Source: Candidatus Curtissbacteria bacterium RIFOXYA1_FULL_41_14 | GTDB taxonomy: Bacteria; Patescibacteriota; Microgenomatia; Curtissbacterales; GWA2-41-24 | NCBI GenBank assembly: GCA_001775095.1 | Contig: MFCA01000022.1 | Coordinates: 2,162-66,161, forward strand | Length of the DNA stretch: 64,000 bases | Direction: 5' to 3' | Part shown: one piece after another, positions 37,193 to 46,433 of the stretch | Numbering within the stretch: the first letter of the stretch is position 1 | Layout: every line of letters begins with the position of its first letter | Notes under the pieces: generated by a model | The model's database searches: none | What the model was told of the DNA's origin: nothing | What the model saw: the letters and a program-made list of their open reading frames with translations, nothing else | Program-made: the position numbers and the translations under genes

Positions 37193-38134
37193 TTAGGGGA
37201 GTAGGTAGATTAAGTCGATAAGTTGTTTGCCTTTTTCTTCATGGGATATGATGATGGTATTTTTGTCTTTGGTGATATCTGTGATTTTGGCTTCTTTGCC
37301 GTCAACTAATATCTGAGAGGTTTTACCTAAAGTAAATTCCTCAATTTCACCACTTTGCTGATTCTTTGCCGAAAACAGGTTCTGGCGGGGGGCGGTTAAA
37401 GTTTTGACAACAGTTAGTCGCCGCGAATTTTGCGGAACAGCTTCTCTAATAATCTCGATCTTTTTGGCCTCTAGCTGGTCTTCTTTTGAGAGATTTCCGA
37501 TGACAATCGCAAAATCACCGATTCTGATATTCCTGAGTGCAGAGCCGATTGACTCTTTTTCTTTATCATCTTCTTTGGGTAAGGTTATTGCAGTTGTTTT
37601 TGAAGCACGGATCTCTTTTTGACCATCGGTAGTTGTGAGGGTAATTAGCGTATCAAATATAGTTTTGACTGGCCCAGTGTAAACCGTGTCGCCGTCCTTA
37701 GTATCTTGAGCAATCAAAAGAGTTAGGGATTTTTTATTTTTTGTTTGAAAATCAGGTGTTACGGTCACCAGATCAACTAAATTCAGGCCGTCGGCTAAAT
37801 CAATTTCCTTCTCAGAATTTCCGCTTGTGTCTGTTTTAACTACGGCTTGAGAAGTATTGGAAAAGATCGCAAGGTAAGAATTTGGCGTTGAGGTACCTTC
37901 AAATTTAACTTTTTTGGAGGTTAAGACGGAGAAATCTTTAGGGGAGAGTTTGAGTTTCTGGGGATTTTTCCCCTCAGAGGCAACTGTTTGGCTATTTATT
38001 GCAGTCTGGACTTCTTGATTTTGAATTTTCGGTTGCCTTTGCCAGAGCCAATAGAGGGCGAAGATGAAAGAGGCTGCCAGAATTAAAATCACGAGGTATT
38101 TGGCGATATGGTTGATAATAGGAAACGAACTCAT
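37193..38134 (-). CDS. Membrane-anchored hypothetical protein
   Basis: N-terminal TM, beta-rich repeats. Confidence 0.75.
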   Translation of the reverse strand: MSSFPIINHIAKYLVILILAASFIFALYWLWQRQPKIQNQEVQTAINSQTVASEGKNPQKLKLSPKDFSVLTSKKVKFEGTSTPNSYLAIFSNTSQAVVKTDTSGNSEKEIDLADGLNLVDLVTVTPDFQTKNKKSLTLLIAQDTKDGDTVYTGPVKTIFDTLITLTTTDGQKEIRASKTTAITLPKEDDKEKESIGSALRNIRIGDFAIVIGNLSKEDQLEAKKIEIIREAVPQNSRRLTVVKTLTAPRQNLFSAKNQQSGEIEEFTLGKTSQILVDGKEAKITDITKDKNTIIISHEEKGKQLIDLIYLLP

Positions 38135-38159
38135 AATTTCTAATTGCCTTAATTACTAA

Positions 38160-38423
38160 AAACCCTAAACTCTAAATTCTAAACTCCTGCCTGCCGGCAG
38201 GCAGGCTAAACAATTTCAAAATACAAAACTCAAATGATCAAAAAAGAGATAGTCTATTGAAATCCTTATTCTTCGAACAACGTGAGAAGTTTGAGTTCTC
38301 GCTGCGGAGAGTACCGTCCGGTACTCTCCTGCGCTCGAACAATATGTTTATCATCCTGTTTTGAATTTTAGATTTACCTCATTTGGATTTATTTAGGATT
38401 TAGAAATTAGAAATTAGAATTTT
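38160..38423 (+). mobile_element. Heptamer inverted-array element with two nested elements (20-bp palindrome 38186-38205; family B copy 5 at 38249-38353)
   Basis: Arms match 59884-60022; inserts absent there. Confidence 0.88.
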
Positions 38424-38533
38424 ACTCTTTAGGTCTTTTAGCTTATCACAGGTTGGCTAAATCGGGCAATTTTTGTCACTTCTTTCGTTTTTAATTTTGT
38501 GCTATTATTTTTAACGCCCCGTTGGGATAGTTT

Positions 38534-39226
38534 ATGGTTGACATTTGGTTTTATGGCCAGTCATGTTTTAAGGTCAAAGGCAAAAGTGCCAGTATTGTAT
38601 TTGATCCTTACAACGAAGAATTTACGGGACTTCCCAAACTTAAACTTGAGGCCGATATTGTCTGTGTAACTCACGATCACAAAGATCACAATAATGTTGA
38701 AGCAGTGTCAGGCGCTTCGGAGAAAAATGAGCCCTCCGGGCCAGGAGCCCCTCCGGATCGGCGGCCATTTGTAATTTCCGGGCCGGGAGAATACGAAATT
38801 TCGGGGGTTAACATTGTTGGGATTGACAGTTTTCACGACGATAAAGACGGCAGCGAGCGGGGTAAAAATACCATATATCACATAGAGATTGATGAGGTGA
38901 ACATTGTTCATTTGGGGGATCTGGGCCAAAAGAAGCTAACTCAAGAACAGGCTGAAACTCTTTCTACCTGTGATATTCTCTTAATCCCTACGGGTGGCGT
39001 ATATACCATAGGTTACAAAGATGCTCCGGATATTATCGCCCAGGTTGAACCAAAAATTGTTATTCCGATGCACTACAAGTTGCCAGGATTAAAATTTGAT
39101 CTTGATCCGGTTGATAAATTTATGGCAGCAATGGGTAAGGAAAAGGCGCAGCCACAAAGTAAACTTTCGATTTCAAAAGAGAAATTGCCGCAGGAAGTGG
39201 AAATAGTGCTGCTTTCGACAGCATAA
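38534..39226 (+). CDS. MBL-fold metallo-hydrolase
   Basis: THDHKDHN, GPGEYE, HLGDLG, IPMHY. Confidence 0.9.
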   Translation: MVDIWFYGQSCFKVKGKSASIVFDPYNEEFTGLPKLKLEADIVCVTHDHKDHNNVEAVSGASEKNEPSGPGAPPDRRPFVISGPGEYEISGVNIVGIDSFHDDKDGSERGKNTIYHIEIDEVNIVHLGDLGQKKLTQEQAETLSTCDILLIPTGGVYTIGYKDAPDIIAQVEPKIVIPMHYKLPGLKFDLDPVDKFMAAMGKEKAQPQSKLSISKEKLPQEVEIVLLSTA

Positions 39227-39234
39227 ATAATCAG

Positions 39235-40608
39235 ATGGCCAAAGTTCAAACTTCAAGACAAGTTACAACCGGAAGAATTCCACCCCAGGATTTAGAGGCT
39301 GAAAAATCAATAATCGGTGCGATTTTAATTGATAAAGACGCGATAGTTGCAGTTATCTCAGTCTTGAAATCTGAATACTTTTATAAGCAGGCTCATGGCG
39401 ATATTTTCCAAGCTATTTGTGATTTATATGAAAGGAGGGAGCCTGTCGATTTGGTGACCTTGACTGCCCAGCTTAAGAAAAGAGGCGTTTTTGATGAAGT
39501 CGGGGGAACAGCATATCTGGCCGAGCTTGGTAGCGCTGTTCCGACTGCTGCCAATATTGTCCAGTATGCACAATTTGTCAGAGAAGCGCACATAAAGAGA
39601 AGATTAATTGCGACCAGCGCTAAAGTTACCCAGTCGGCATTTGACGAGACGGCTGATATCAGAACAATTCTGGATGAAACTGAACAGGCGGTTTTTGCAC
39701 TTTCTCAAGAGCAGTTGAGGCAAAATTTTATGCCGATTAAAGATGCACTGGCAGAAAGCTTTGACAGACTTGATGAGTTGCACAAAAAAGCCGGCGGTCT
39801 TCGGGGAGTTTCGACCGGGTTTTGGGATTTGGATGCAAAGCTTGCCGGTATGCAGGATTCTAATCTTTTGATTTTGGCATCACGTCCAGGTCAGGGTAAA
39901 ACAAGTTTAGCCCTAAATATTGCCGCCCATGTGGCTGTTAATGATGGTTTGCCGGTCGGGATTTTTTCACTGGAGATGAGCAAGGAGGAGCTGGTTGACA
40001 GACTCTTAGTGTCACAATCTGAAATCGATGCCTGGAAATTAAAAACCGGCAAACTTGACGATGAAGATTTTGACAGGCTTCAGGAAGCAATGGGAGTTTT
40101 GGCTGATGCGCCGCTGTTTATAGACGATACTCCGGCAGCTAGCATATTAGAAATGCGTACCAAGGCCAGACGCTTGCAGGTTGAACACAATCTTTCGTTT
40201 TTAATTGTTGATTATTTACAGTTAGTTCAAGGACGCAGAATGGAAAATAGGGTTCAGGAGGTTTCGGAGATTTCCCAAAATCTTAAAAATTTGGCAAGGG
40301 AGTTAAAGATTCCGGTTCTGGCTTGTTCGCAACTTTCCAGAGCAGTTGAACAGCGGGGGACCAAAAAACCGCAGCTTGCGGATCTTAGAGAATCCGGGGC
40401 GATTGAGCAGGATGCTGACGTAGTCATGTTTATCTGGCGGCCTGACGCCGACAACATGGAGCAGGTTAAACTTGATATCCAAAAACACCGCAACGGTCCG
40501 ACCGGAGAGATTGATATGACTTTCAGAGCGGACCGTGTCAAGTTTTACGGAGTCGAAAAACAAAGAAGACAAGTGCCGCCGCCTCCTCAAGCAGTCGCCG
40601 AAGCCTAA
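39235..40608 (+). CDS. dnaB: Replicative DNA helicase
   Basis: RIPPQ, ASRPGQGKT, FSLEM, IVDYLQL, DLRESGAIEQDAD; no intein. Confidence 0.98.
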   Translation: MAKVQTSRQVTTGRIPPQDLEAEKSIIGAILIDKDAIVAVISVLKSEYFYKQAHGDIFQAICDLYERREPVDLVTLTAQLKKRGVFDEVGGTAYLAELGSAVPTAANIVQYAQFVREAHIKRRLIATSAKVTQSAFDETADIRTILDETEQAVFALSQEQLRQNFMPIKDALAESFDRLDELHKKAGGLRGVSTGFWDLDAKLAGMQDSNLLILASRPGQGKTSLALNIAAHVAVNDGLPVGIFSLEMSKEELVDRLLVSQSEIDAWKLKTGKLDDEDFDRLQEAMGVLADAPLFIDDTPAASILEMRTKARRLQVEHNLSFLIVDYLQLVQGRRMENRVQEVSEISQNLKNLARELKIPVLACSQLSRAVEQRGTKKPQLADLRESGAIEQDADVVMFIWRPDADNMEQVKLDIQKHRNGPTGEIDMTFRADRVKFYGVEKQRRQVPPPPQAVAEA

Positions 40609-41180
40609 ATCAAACCTCTTCTAGAAATTTCTTTAAGTACAAATCTGGGGAGATAACCTTTGTACTTTTGTGCAAGACGCAAATCTTTTTTAAAAATATC
40701 CAAATTTGATATTTTACCCCGGCAAGATTTTGTTTTGCACAAACAATCGATCGTCCAGTTATAGTCCGATCCGTTGATTTCGCACATGCTATAGTCCCAG
40801 GTTAGTTCTTCTCCCTTTTTAATGTCACACATCGTAACGAACATACCAGCTGCTTTGAATCCCAAGTTTGGTTCACAGGAATGATTAATAAATCTTGTCT
40901 CGTTTGAAGGCAAAATCCATTTTTTGGTTCCAACTTGGATTAATACATCAATACCATAGGAGGAATAAAGGATATCTGCAACCTGCTCTCCGACTACTGG
41001 TCCGATTACTTTGATAATTTCCTCATTTTTGTAAATATTTCTTGCTGCAAACAAGCCGGTTCCGTGTGTGCATCCAGCCTTATGAACATAATAAAGGCTA
41101 AGAACAGGCGAATGGGCAATGTCTTTGTTAACTTCAACACCGATAGAATTTAAATTGAGAGTATATGGCGCAATGTTCAT
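40605..41180 (-). CDS. SET-domain protein with post-SET motif
   Basis: GTGLFA, RFINHSCEPN, GEELTWDY, CLCKTKSCRG; start uncertain. Confidence 0.9.
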   Translation of the reverse strand: MNIAPYTLNLNSIGVEVNKDIAHSPVLSLYYVHKAGCTHGTGLFAARNIYKNEEIIKVIGPVVGEQVADILYSSYGIDVLIQVGTKKWILPSNETRFINHSCEPNLGFKAAGMFVTMCDIKKGEELTWDYSMCEINGSDYNWTIDCLCKTKSCRGKISNLDIFKKDLRLAQKYKGYLPRFVLKEISRRGLI

Positions 41181-41368
41181 GAATAAAATTATAGCAAAAA
41201 GGAGAGATCGTTTCAAACTATGGGGTCGTTGTGCCAAGAGATAGTCGAACTCCTACGGTAGACAGGTTCACGGTAAGTGCCGGTGGTTCTCTCACTTCGT
41301 TCAAGATAAGCAGAGCTTGCGGTTCTTACTGTCGCTGCGGGCCTAAAACTTCATCGAACCGAGATATG

Positions 41369-41453
41369 TGGCCAGGGAGAGATTCGAACTCTCACGGCAG
41401 TTTCCTGCCACAAGTTTTTGAGACTTGCATGTCTACCATTCCATCACCTGGCC
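41369..41453 (-). tRNA. tRNA-Leu(CAA)
   Basis: Acceptor GGCCAGG/CCTGGCC, anticodon arm CAAGT-CTCAAAA-ACTTG, long variable arm, GAGAG-TTCGAAT-CTCTC; CCA not encoded. Confidence 0.95.
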
Positions 41454-41507
41454 ATATTTTAAAGCAAGTATGGAAATTTACGCTCAATTATTATATCATT
41501 TCCTCTA

Positions 41508-42482
41508 GTGACTATTGAAGAAATCTATCAACTGGCAATAAAGATGGGGACTGCTGCCGATCCGCGCGGCAAGCGCGGCGTGGAGAAGTATTTGGCGAGG
41601 CAGAAAAAGATTTATGATGAGTTGCCCCAGCGCAAGAAAGAAGAGTTCGATTTGGAAAGTCTCAAGAATCCCTATTCCGATACCAGAATTTTGTTCGGCG
41701 ACCCGTCAGTTAACGTTGATAAAATCATGGCCGGGATTGATTTTGACACCGGCGAGGTAGTCTTGGCAGACAGACTCAACGAAAAAGGCGAGGGGATAGA
41801 TCTTCTGATTGCCCACCATCCGGCAGGCGGTGCGCTGGCATCGCTTCATGAAGTGATGGATTTGCAGGTCGATCTGATGGCCTCTTACGGAGTACCGATT
41901 AACGTGGCCGAAGGAATGATGACTAATCGAATTTCAGAAGTTGCCCGCAAATTTGGTCCTATTAACCACTACCGCAGTGTTGATGCCGCGAGGATTTTGG
42001 GTATTCCTCTAATGTGTATTCATACCGCCTGGGATAATTTGGGGTGGCGCTTTATGGCCGATATTTTTGAAAAGGAGGAATTTGATACGGTGGGCGATGT
42101 GGTCAGCGAACTAAAAAAAATTCCGGAATATGCTCAAGCAGTAAAGTTTAAAGCTGGACCCAGTTTATTTACCGGGAGCGAGAAGAATAGAGCAGGTAAA
42201 GTTGTCGTTTCGGAATTTACCGGAGGGACTGAAGGGTCAAAAGAAATTTACGAAAAACTTGCGCATGCCGGGGTAGGGTCCATAATTAGCATGCACGCTT
42301 CCGAGGAAAATCGTGAAGAAGCAAAAAAGCACCACCTAAATTTAGTTATCGCCGGCCACATAGTTTCTGATTCCGTCGGTGCCAACATTTTCCTGGATGA
42401 ACTGGAAAAACGGGGAGTCCATATTATCCCGACTTCCGGCCTAATCCGCGTCAGTCGAACAAAATCCGGCAAAGGAAGGTAG
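41508..42482 (+). CDS. NIF3-like (NGG1p-interacting factor) protein
   Basis: NPYSDTRIL, AHHP, HTAWDN, TGGTEG, AGHIVSDS. Confidence 0.85.
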   Translation: MTIEEIYQLAIKMGTAADPRGKRGVEKYLARQKKIYDELPQRKKEEFDLESLKNPYSDTRILFGDPSVNVDKIMAGIDFDTGEVVLADRLNEKGEGIDLLIAHHPAGGALASLHEVMDLQVDLMASYGVPINVAEGMMTNRISEVARKFGPINHYRSVDAARILGIPLMCIHTAWDNLGWRFMADIFEKEEFDTVGDVVSELKKIPEYAQAVKFKAGPSLFTGSEKNRAGKVVVSEFTGGTEGSKEIYEKLAHAGVGSIISMHASEENREEAKKHHLNLVIAGHIVSDSVGANIFLDELEKRGVHIIPTSGLIRVSRTKSGKGR

Positions 42483-42692
42483 GTGGAAATTATGTACGAT
42501 GCTGAACGTCGATCAGATTTTCGTTTGGGAGTTGAACTAGCGCATTTGGGAGTGGGTCAAAGAAGTGAAATATGGCCAACAGACGTTGATCTAGTTGAAG
42601 TAGCCGCTCGCAGATACGAAAGTGCCGTGAGGAGGTCAAATATCAGAATTAAGAGAAGACATACTCCGATTCGACCACATCGCCGAAAATGA
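42483..42692 (+). CDS. Hypothetical small protein
   Basis: Fills the gap and overlaps the efp start (ATGA). Confidence 0.4.
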   Translation: MEIMYDAERRSDFRLGVELAHLGVGQRSEIWPTDVDLVEVAARRYESAVRRSNIRIKRRHTPIRPHRRK

Positions 42693-43249
42693 TACCCGTA
42701 ACAGATCTTAGAGCAGGAACTGTCTTTGAAGATAGGGGAGAATACTTCTTAGTCCTTTCATATGAGCACATTAAGATGGGGAGAGGTTCTGGGACGATTA
42801 AAGTCAGGGTAAAAAATCTGGGAACGGGTGCGACTATCCAAAAATCCTTCATCACTGGCGCAAGAGTTAACGACGTGAATCTGGAGCGCAAAAAGGCCCA
42901 GTTTTTATACCAGGACGGGCAAAATTTTCACTTAATGGATACAGCGTCTTACGAACAGTTTACTATTAACAGACGTTTGGTTGAAGATACAGCCAAGTTT
43001 CTCAAGGAGGGAATGGAAATAACTTTATTTGCGATTGATAATAAGCCTTTGTATATCGAAATTCCCAAGATTTGCGAGTATAAAATTGCTCAAACAGGCG
43101 GATCAGCCCGTGGTAATACGGTTGGCGCAAGTTACAAAGACGCAATTTTGGAAAACGGACTGACGGTGAAGGTACCTTTATTCATCAAAAACGGAGAGGT
43201 AATCAGAGTCGATACCAGAACAGGGGAGTATGTCGAGAGGGCAAAATAG
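42689..43249 (+). CDS. efp: Elongation factor P (Arg-type loop, KMGRG)
   Basis: DLRAG, HIKMGRG, RGNT, LENG..VKVPLFI, VDTRTGEY. Confidence 0.96.
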   Translation: MIPVTDLRAGTVFEDRGEYFLVLSYEHIKMGRGSGTIKVRVKNLGTGATIQKSFITGARVNDVNLERKKAQFLYQDGQNFHLMDTASYEQFTINRRLVEDTAKFLKEGMEITLFAIDNKPLYIEIPKICEYKIAQTGGSARGNTVGASYKDAILENGLTVKVPLFIKNGEVIRVDTRTGEYVERAK

Positions 43250-43252
43250 TTA

Positions 43253-43360
43253 TGTCATCGCGAGTCGTGTTCCTCGAATCTGAGTGATCTCGGAATCTAA
43301 GATCCGACCGGGTGATCTATTAAAGATTGCTTCTCCGGCTGTGCCGGATCGCAATGACAT
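43253..43360. repeat. GTCATCGCGAG...GATTGCTTC...TCGCAATGAC palindromic repeat
   Basis: Terminal inverted repeats TGTCATCGCGA/TCGCAATGACA with inner hairpins, between convergent genes. Confidence 0.7.
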
Positions 43361-43396
43361 TGAGTGCCTGCAATGACAACATGAAATTTCCAGTCA

Positions 43397-43882
43397 TTAA
43401 GAGGCAAGAAGCAGCAAACTGGCTAAGGTATCTTTAATATCAGCAAAGTTAACCGATATCAAAAGAGCAATCCCCACCGCAATTATTTGAGTAACCAAAC
43501 CCCACGGAAGCTGCATTCTTGATTGGATTTTGTGACCTACCCAGTCCATCCAGGAGAAAGGCGGAATGTTGATCCCAAACATAAAAGCGGGAGCTTCGAG
43601 CCAGTCGGGTAGTTGAGCGGCAATGATCATGATAAAAAGATAGATTGGGTCGACAGCCCTCGAGAAGATTAAAAAAGAAAGACCAAAACCCAAGAGAACA
43701 TCAAAAACAGCTTCGATTCTGAGCCTAGTCATGGATTTATTCCGATGATTAGTGCCAAGGTCCCAGTGCGGAATAATATCGAATATGAAATGTGACAGGA
43801 TCGCAAGCGGTATACCCAGAAGGGGATTTGAAAATTTGGCTGCCAGGCTTGCGCCAATTAGTGCGTGTGCTGTTGCAGTCAT
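43397..43882 (-). CDS. Membrane protein, putative metal-dependent hydrolase
   Basis: AHALIG, SHFIFDIIPHWD, QLPD. Confidence 0.75.
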   Translation of the reverse strand: MTATAHALIGASLAAKFSNPLLGIPLAILSHFIFDIIPHWDLGTNHRNKSMTRLRIEAVFDVLLGFGLSFLIFSRAVDPIYLFIMIIAAQLPDWLEAPAFMFGINIPPFSWMDWVGHKIQSRMQLPWGLVTQIIAVGIALLISVNFADIKDTLASLLLLAS

Positions 43883-43987
43883 ATAAAAAAACCAGAAAAT
43901 TCTGGCTTGGCACATAATATCTTAGCATACTTTTTTAGGTGCAACAAGCTGATGTGAATAGGGTATAATTAACAAACTTCTTTTTAA

Positions 43988-44845
43988 ATGATTGATCCAT
44001 CAGTAGCCAAATTGATAGTTGTACCGATAGCTATACTTTTAGCTTCCTTTTTATTTTGGCGGGCGGGCAGGCGTGAACTTTTTGAATCTAGCCTGCTTTT
44101 CGATTTTTTGATCGTTTCTTTTATAGGCAGTTTAATTTTTGCCCGGGTATTTGATTTTTTGCTTTTCCCCGACATCTATCATTGGTCTCTCAAACGGCTT
44201 ATTTTTGTTAATTTATATGGCTCATTCAATTTGTGGGGAGCGCTACTTGGAGCAATTATTTTGGGGCAAATTTATGCAAAACTTGCCAAGGTCAATTTTT
44301 GGCAGATTTTTGACTTGGGAGTCGCGCCGATTGTATTTGCCGCCATCTTTATTTCCGCAAGTCAAGTAATCGACAATTTTTTATTAAAGAGGGAGATTGG
44401 TTTCTCTCTATATTATTTTATTTGCTACTTTTTAATTTTTTGGTTTTTAAAGCGTTTGGAGAGCAAAAAGCGACATCATGGATTTTTCTTTTGTTTTTTC
44501 CTGACTTTGGTTTCAATACTTAATTTTTTACCCTTGGTTCTTAAAGATTTGGGTCAGTCTTTCATTGTAGCCCCCTTTTTTATTTTTGGGGTCGTTGCCT
44601 GGTACCGTTTAGCCAAAAGAAAAGTGCGGGCAGATTTAAAGATGATCGTTGCAGTGTGTTTGCTTATTCTATTGAAGACACAAAGAATATTAACTTCAGT
44701 TAGAGAAGCAGATAGTTTTTCAAGATCCATTGTGCTTTCACCACTTGTCTTGGCAAAGTCGCTTGCAGTTGGTGTAAAATTGTTAGGGCGCGAAATTATT
44801 TTTTCTTTGTGGGGTTTAGTAGAGGTCTTCAGAGGAAGAAAATAG
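43988..44845 (+). CDS. Lgt-like membrane protein (divergent)
   Basis: FARV, WGALLG, FDLGVAP; clustered with lspA. Confidence 0.65.
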   Translation: MIDPSVAKLIVVPIAILLASFLFWRAGRRELFESSLLFDFLIVSFIGSLIFARVFDFLLFPDIYHWSLKRLIFVNLYGSFNLWGALLGAIILGQIYAKLAKVNFWQIFDLGVAPIVFAAIFISASQVIDNFLLKREIGFSLYYFICYFLIFWFLKRLESKKRHHGFFFCFFLTLVSILNFLPLVLKDLGQSFIVAPFFIFGVVAWYRLAKRKVRADLKMIVAVCLLILLKTQRILTSVREADSFSRSIVLSPLVLAKSLAVGVKLLGREIIFSLWGLVEVFRGRK

Positions 44846-44852
44846 ACTCAAA

Positions 44853-45206
44853 ATGATTGATTTTAACAAGATTAAAAACAAAGTAAAAAAACAGCAAGCT
44901 ATAATTCTTTCTAGAATAAGAAGGCTTCGCCATGACGATCCTTTTTCGACGGTAGATAGATCAATTATCGTTGAACCAGGAACTGATGCAGCGGCCCTTT
45001 TTGGCCACGAGCAAGTGGTAGTTTTGGAAAATCAGCTAAAGCGCGAACTCAAGGAGACAGAGGCAGCGCTTGCTAAAATCAAGAAGGGAACATATGGTAT
45101 TTGTGAGAGATGCGGCAAAAGAATTGATCCGAAGCGGCTAGAGGTCAAACCCCAGGCAGTGTATTGCTTGAAATGCAAGAATGAGCTTGAGGCAAAGAAA
45201 AATTAA
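44853..45206 (+). CDS. TraR/DksA C4 zinc-finger protein
   Basis: GTYGICERCGKRIDPKRLEVKP...CLKC. Confidence 0.92.
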   Translation: MIDFNKIKNKVKKQQAIILSRIRRLRHDDPFSTVDRSIIVEPGTDAAALFGHEQVVVLENQLKRELKETEAALAKIKKGTYGICERCGKRIDPKRLEVKPQAVYCLKCKNELEAKKN

Positions 45207-45603
45207 CAGGTTCAGTCTTTGGCTACCGGCAGTCCTGTTTGTAATAACTCTCGATCAAATCCTCAAAAATATCGCCCCAAAATTCTTGTCTGTTTATTGC
45301 AACGAGGGTATTGCCTTTGGATTTGCGAAAACTCCTTATAGTCAAATAATAGTTTTGGCGGTTTTGTTAATACTTGTATTTTATGCTTCGGGGAGTCGAG
45401 AAGTTTCCACTAAGTACGGTTTTGCGTTGATCTTAGGCGGGGGAATTTCCAACTTTATTGACAGACTGACAGCAGGTTGCGTCAGAGACTTTATTGATTT
45501 GGGATTCTTTCCAAGTTTTAATCTGGCAGACGCAGCGATAAGTGCGGGGGTCGGAATTTTAATAGCTTTTGTCATTCTGAGACCGAAGGGCGAAGAATCT
45601 TAA
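45181..45603 (+). CDS. lspA: Lipoprotein signal peptidase
   Basis: DQILK, NEGIAFG, SNFIDR, VRDFI, FNLAD; C-terminus supplied by a REP. Confidence 0.93.
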   Translation: MSLRQRKINRFSLWLPAVLFVITLDQILKNIAPKFLSVYCNEGIAFGFAKTPYSQIIVLAVLLILVFYASGSREVSTKYGFALILGGGISNFIDRLTAGCVRDFIDLGFFPSFNLADAAISAGVGILIAFVILRPKGEES

Positions 45604-45646
45604 TGTAGACAGATCCTTCGTCGAGTTGGACTCGACTCAGGATGAC
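45571..45646. repeat. Paired REP: GTCATTCTGAG..CGAAGAATCT / AGATCCTTCG..CTCAGGATGAC
   Basis: Inverted pair; left arm recurs at 53778-53805 and right arm at 5728-5762. Confidence 0.82.
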
Positions 45647-45662
45647 TTTTCTGGAGGAATTA

Positions 45663-46433
45663 ATGTTATTTAAAGTCATTTTTGAGGATGAGCAGATTTT
45701 GGTCGTTGATAAGCCGGCGGGATTGGTTGTTAATCGGTCAGAAACGAACAGGCAAGAAACGCTTCAGGATCAGCTTGTCGATTATTTTAAATTGGGTCAT
45801 GATTTGGGAATAGGTGACCGGGCTGGAATTGTCCATCGGCTGGATCGGGAAACATCCGGAGTGTTGGTAGTTGCCAAGACCCAAAAGGCATTTGATTTTC
45901 TGCAGAAACAGTTTAAAGACAGAAAAATTAAAAAAGAATATGTTGCCTTAGTTCATGGTTTTGTTAAAGAAAAGACCGGATCAGTAGTCGGTGACATTGG
46001 ACGGATCGGCAGATTTGGCAAATTCGGAGTCGTGGATGAGGGAAGAGAGTCAAGGACTGACTATGAAGTTCAAGAGTATTACCAGCATCGTCTTTTAGGG
46101 GTCGGACCTCTGCAGGAACTTACAAAGTCGAGGGTTCGATATTTGCAAAATCACGCCAAAGACTATACTTTACTTCATCTTTTTCCCAAGACAGGCCGGA
46201 CCCATCAGGTGAGAGTCCATCTTAAAAGTATCGGTCATTCGGTCGTGTCGGATACCCTGTATGCACCGGCCAAACTTTTAAAATTTGATAAGACTTGGTG
46301 TCCTCGGCTTTTCCTTCACGCCCAAAAAATCGAATTTGAGAACTTAAAACACAGGCAGGTTGTTTTTGAAGCGCAACTACCTTATGATTTAATTAAAGCG
46401 CAAGCTAACTTGAATCTACTGCCCGATGTTTGA
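45663..46433 (+). CDS. RluA/RluD pseudouridine synthase
   Basis: DKPAGLVV, GIVHRLDRETSG, TGRTHQVRVH; SD GGAGG before ATG 45663. Confidence 0.93.
   Translation: MLFKVIFEDEQILVVDKPAGLVVNRSETNRQETLQDQLVDYFKLGHDLGIGDRAGIVHRLDRETSGVLVVAKTQKAFDFLQKQFKDRKIKKEYVALVHGFVKEKTGSVVGDIGRIGRFGKFGVVDEGRESRTDYEVQEYYQHRLLGVGPLQELTKSRVRYLQNHAKDYTLLHLFPKTGRTHQVRVHLKSIGHSVVSDTLYAPAKLLKFDKTWCPRLFLHAQKIEFENLKHRQVVFEAQLPYDLIKAQANLNLLPDV

Noticed and set aside
35978-38423. Possible CRISPR array in the repetitive intergenic regions
   Set aside because: Repeats are 7-9-nt degenerate tandem units or dispersed hairpins, with no constant repeat and unique spacer pattern and no cas genes.
41240-41362. SRP RNA, 6S RNA or tmRNA call for the segment after tRNA-Leu
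   Set aside because: No SRP domain IV motif, no tmRNA termini or tag ORF, and only vague 6S likeness; kept as an unassigned finding.
41231-41518. 95-aa ORF on the plus strand
   Set aside because: Antisense to tRNA-Leu and has no protein motif.
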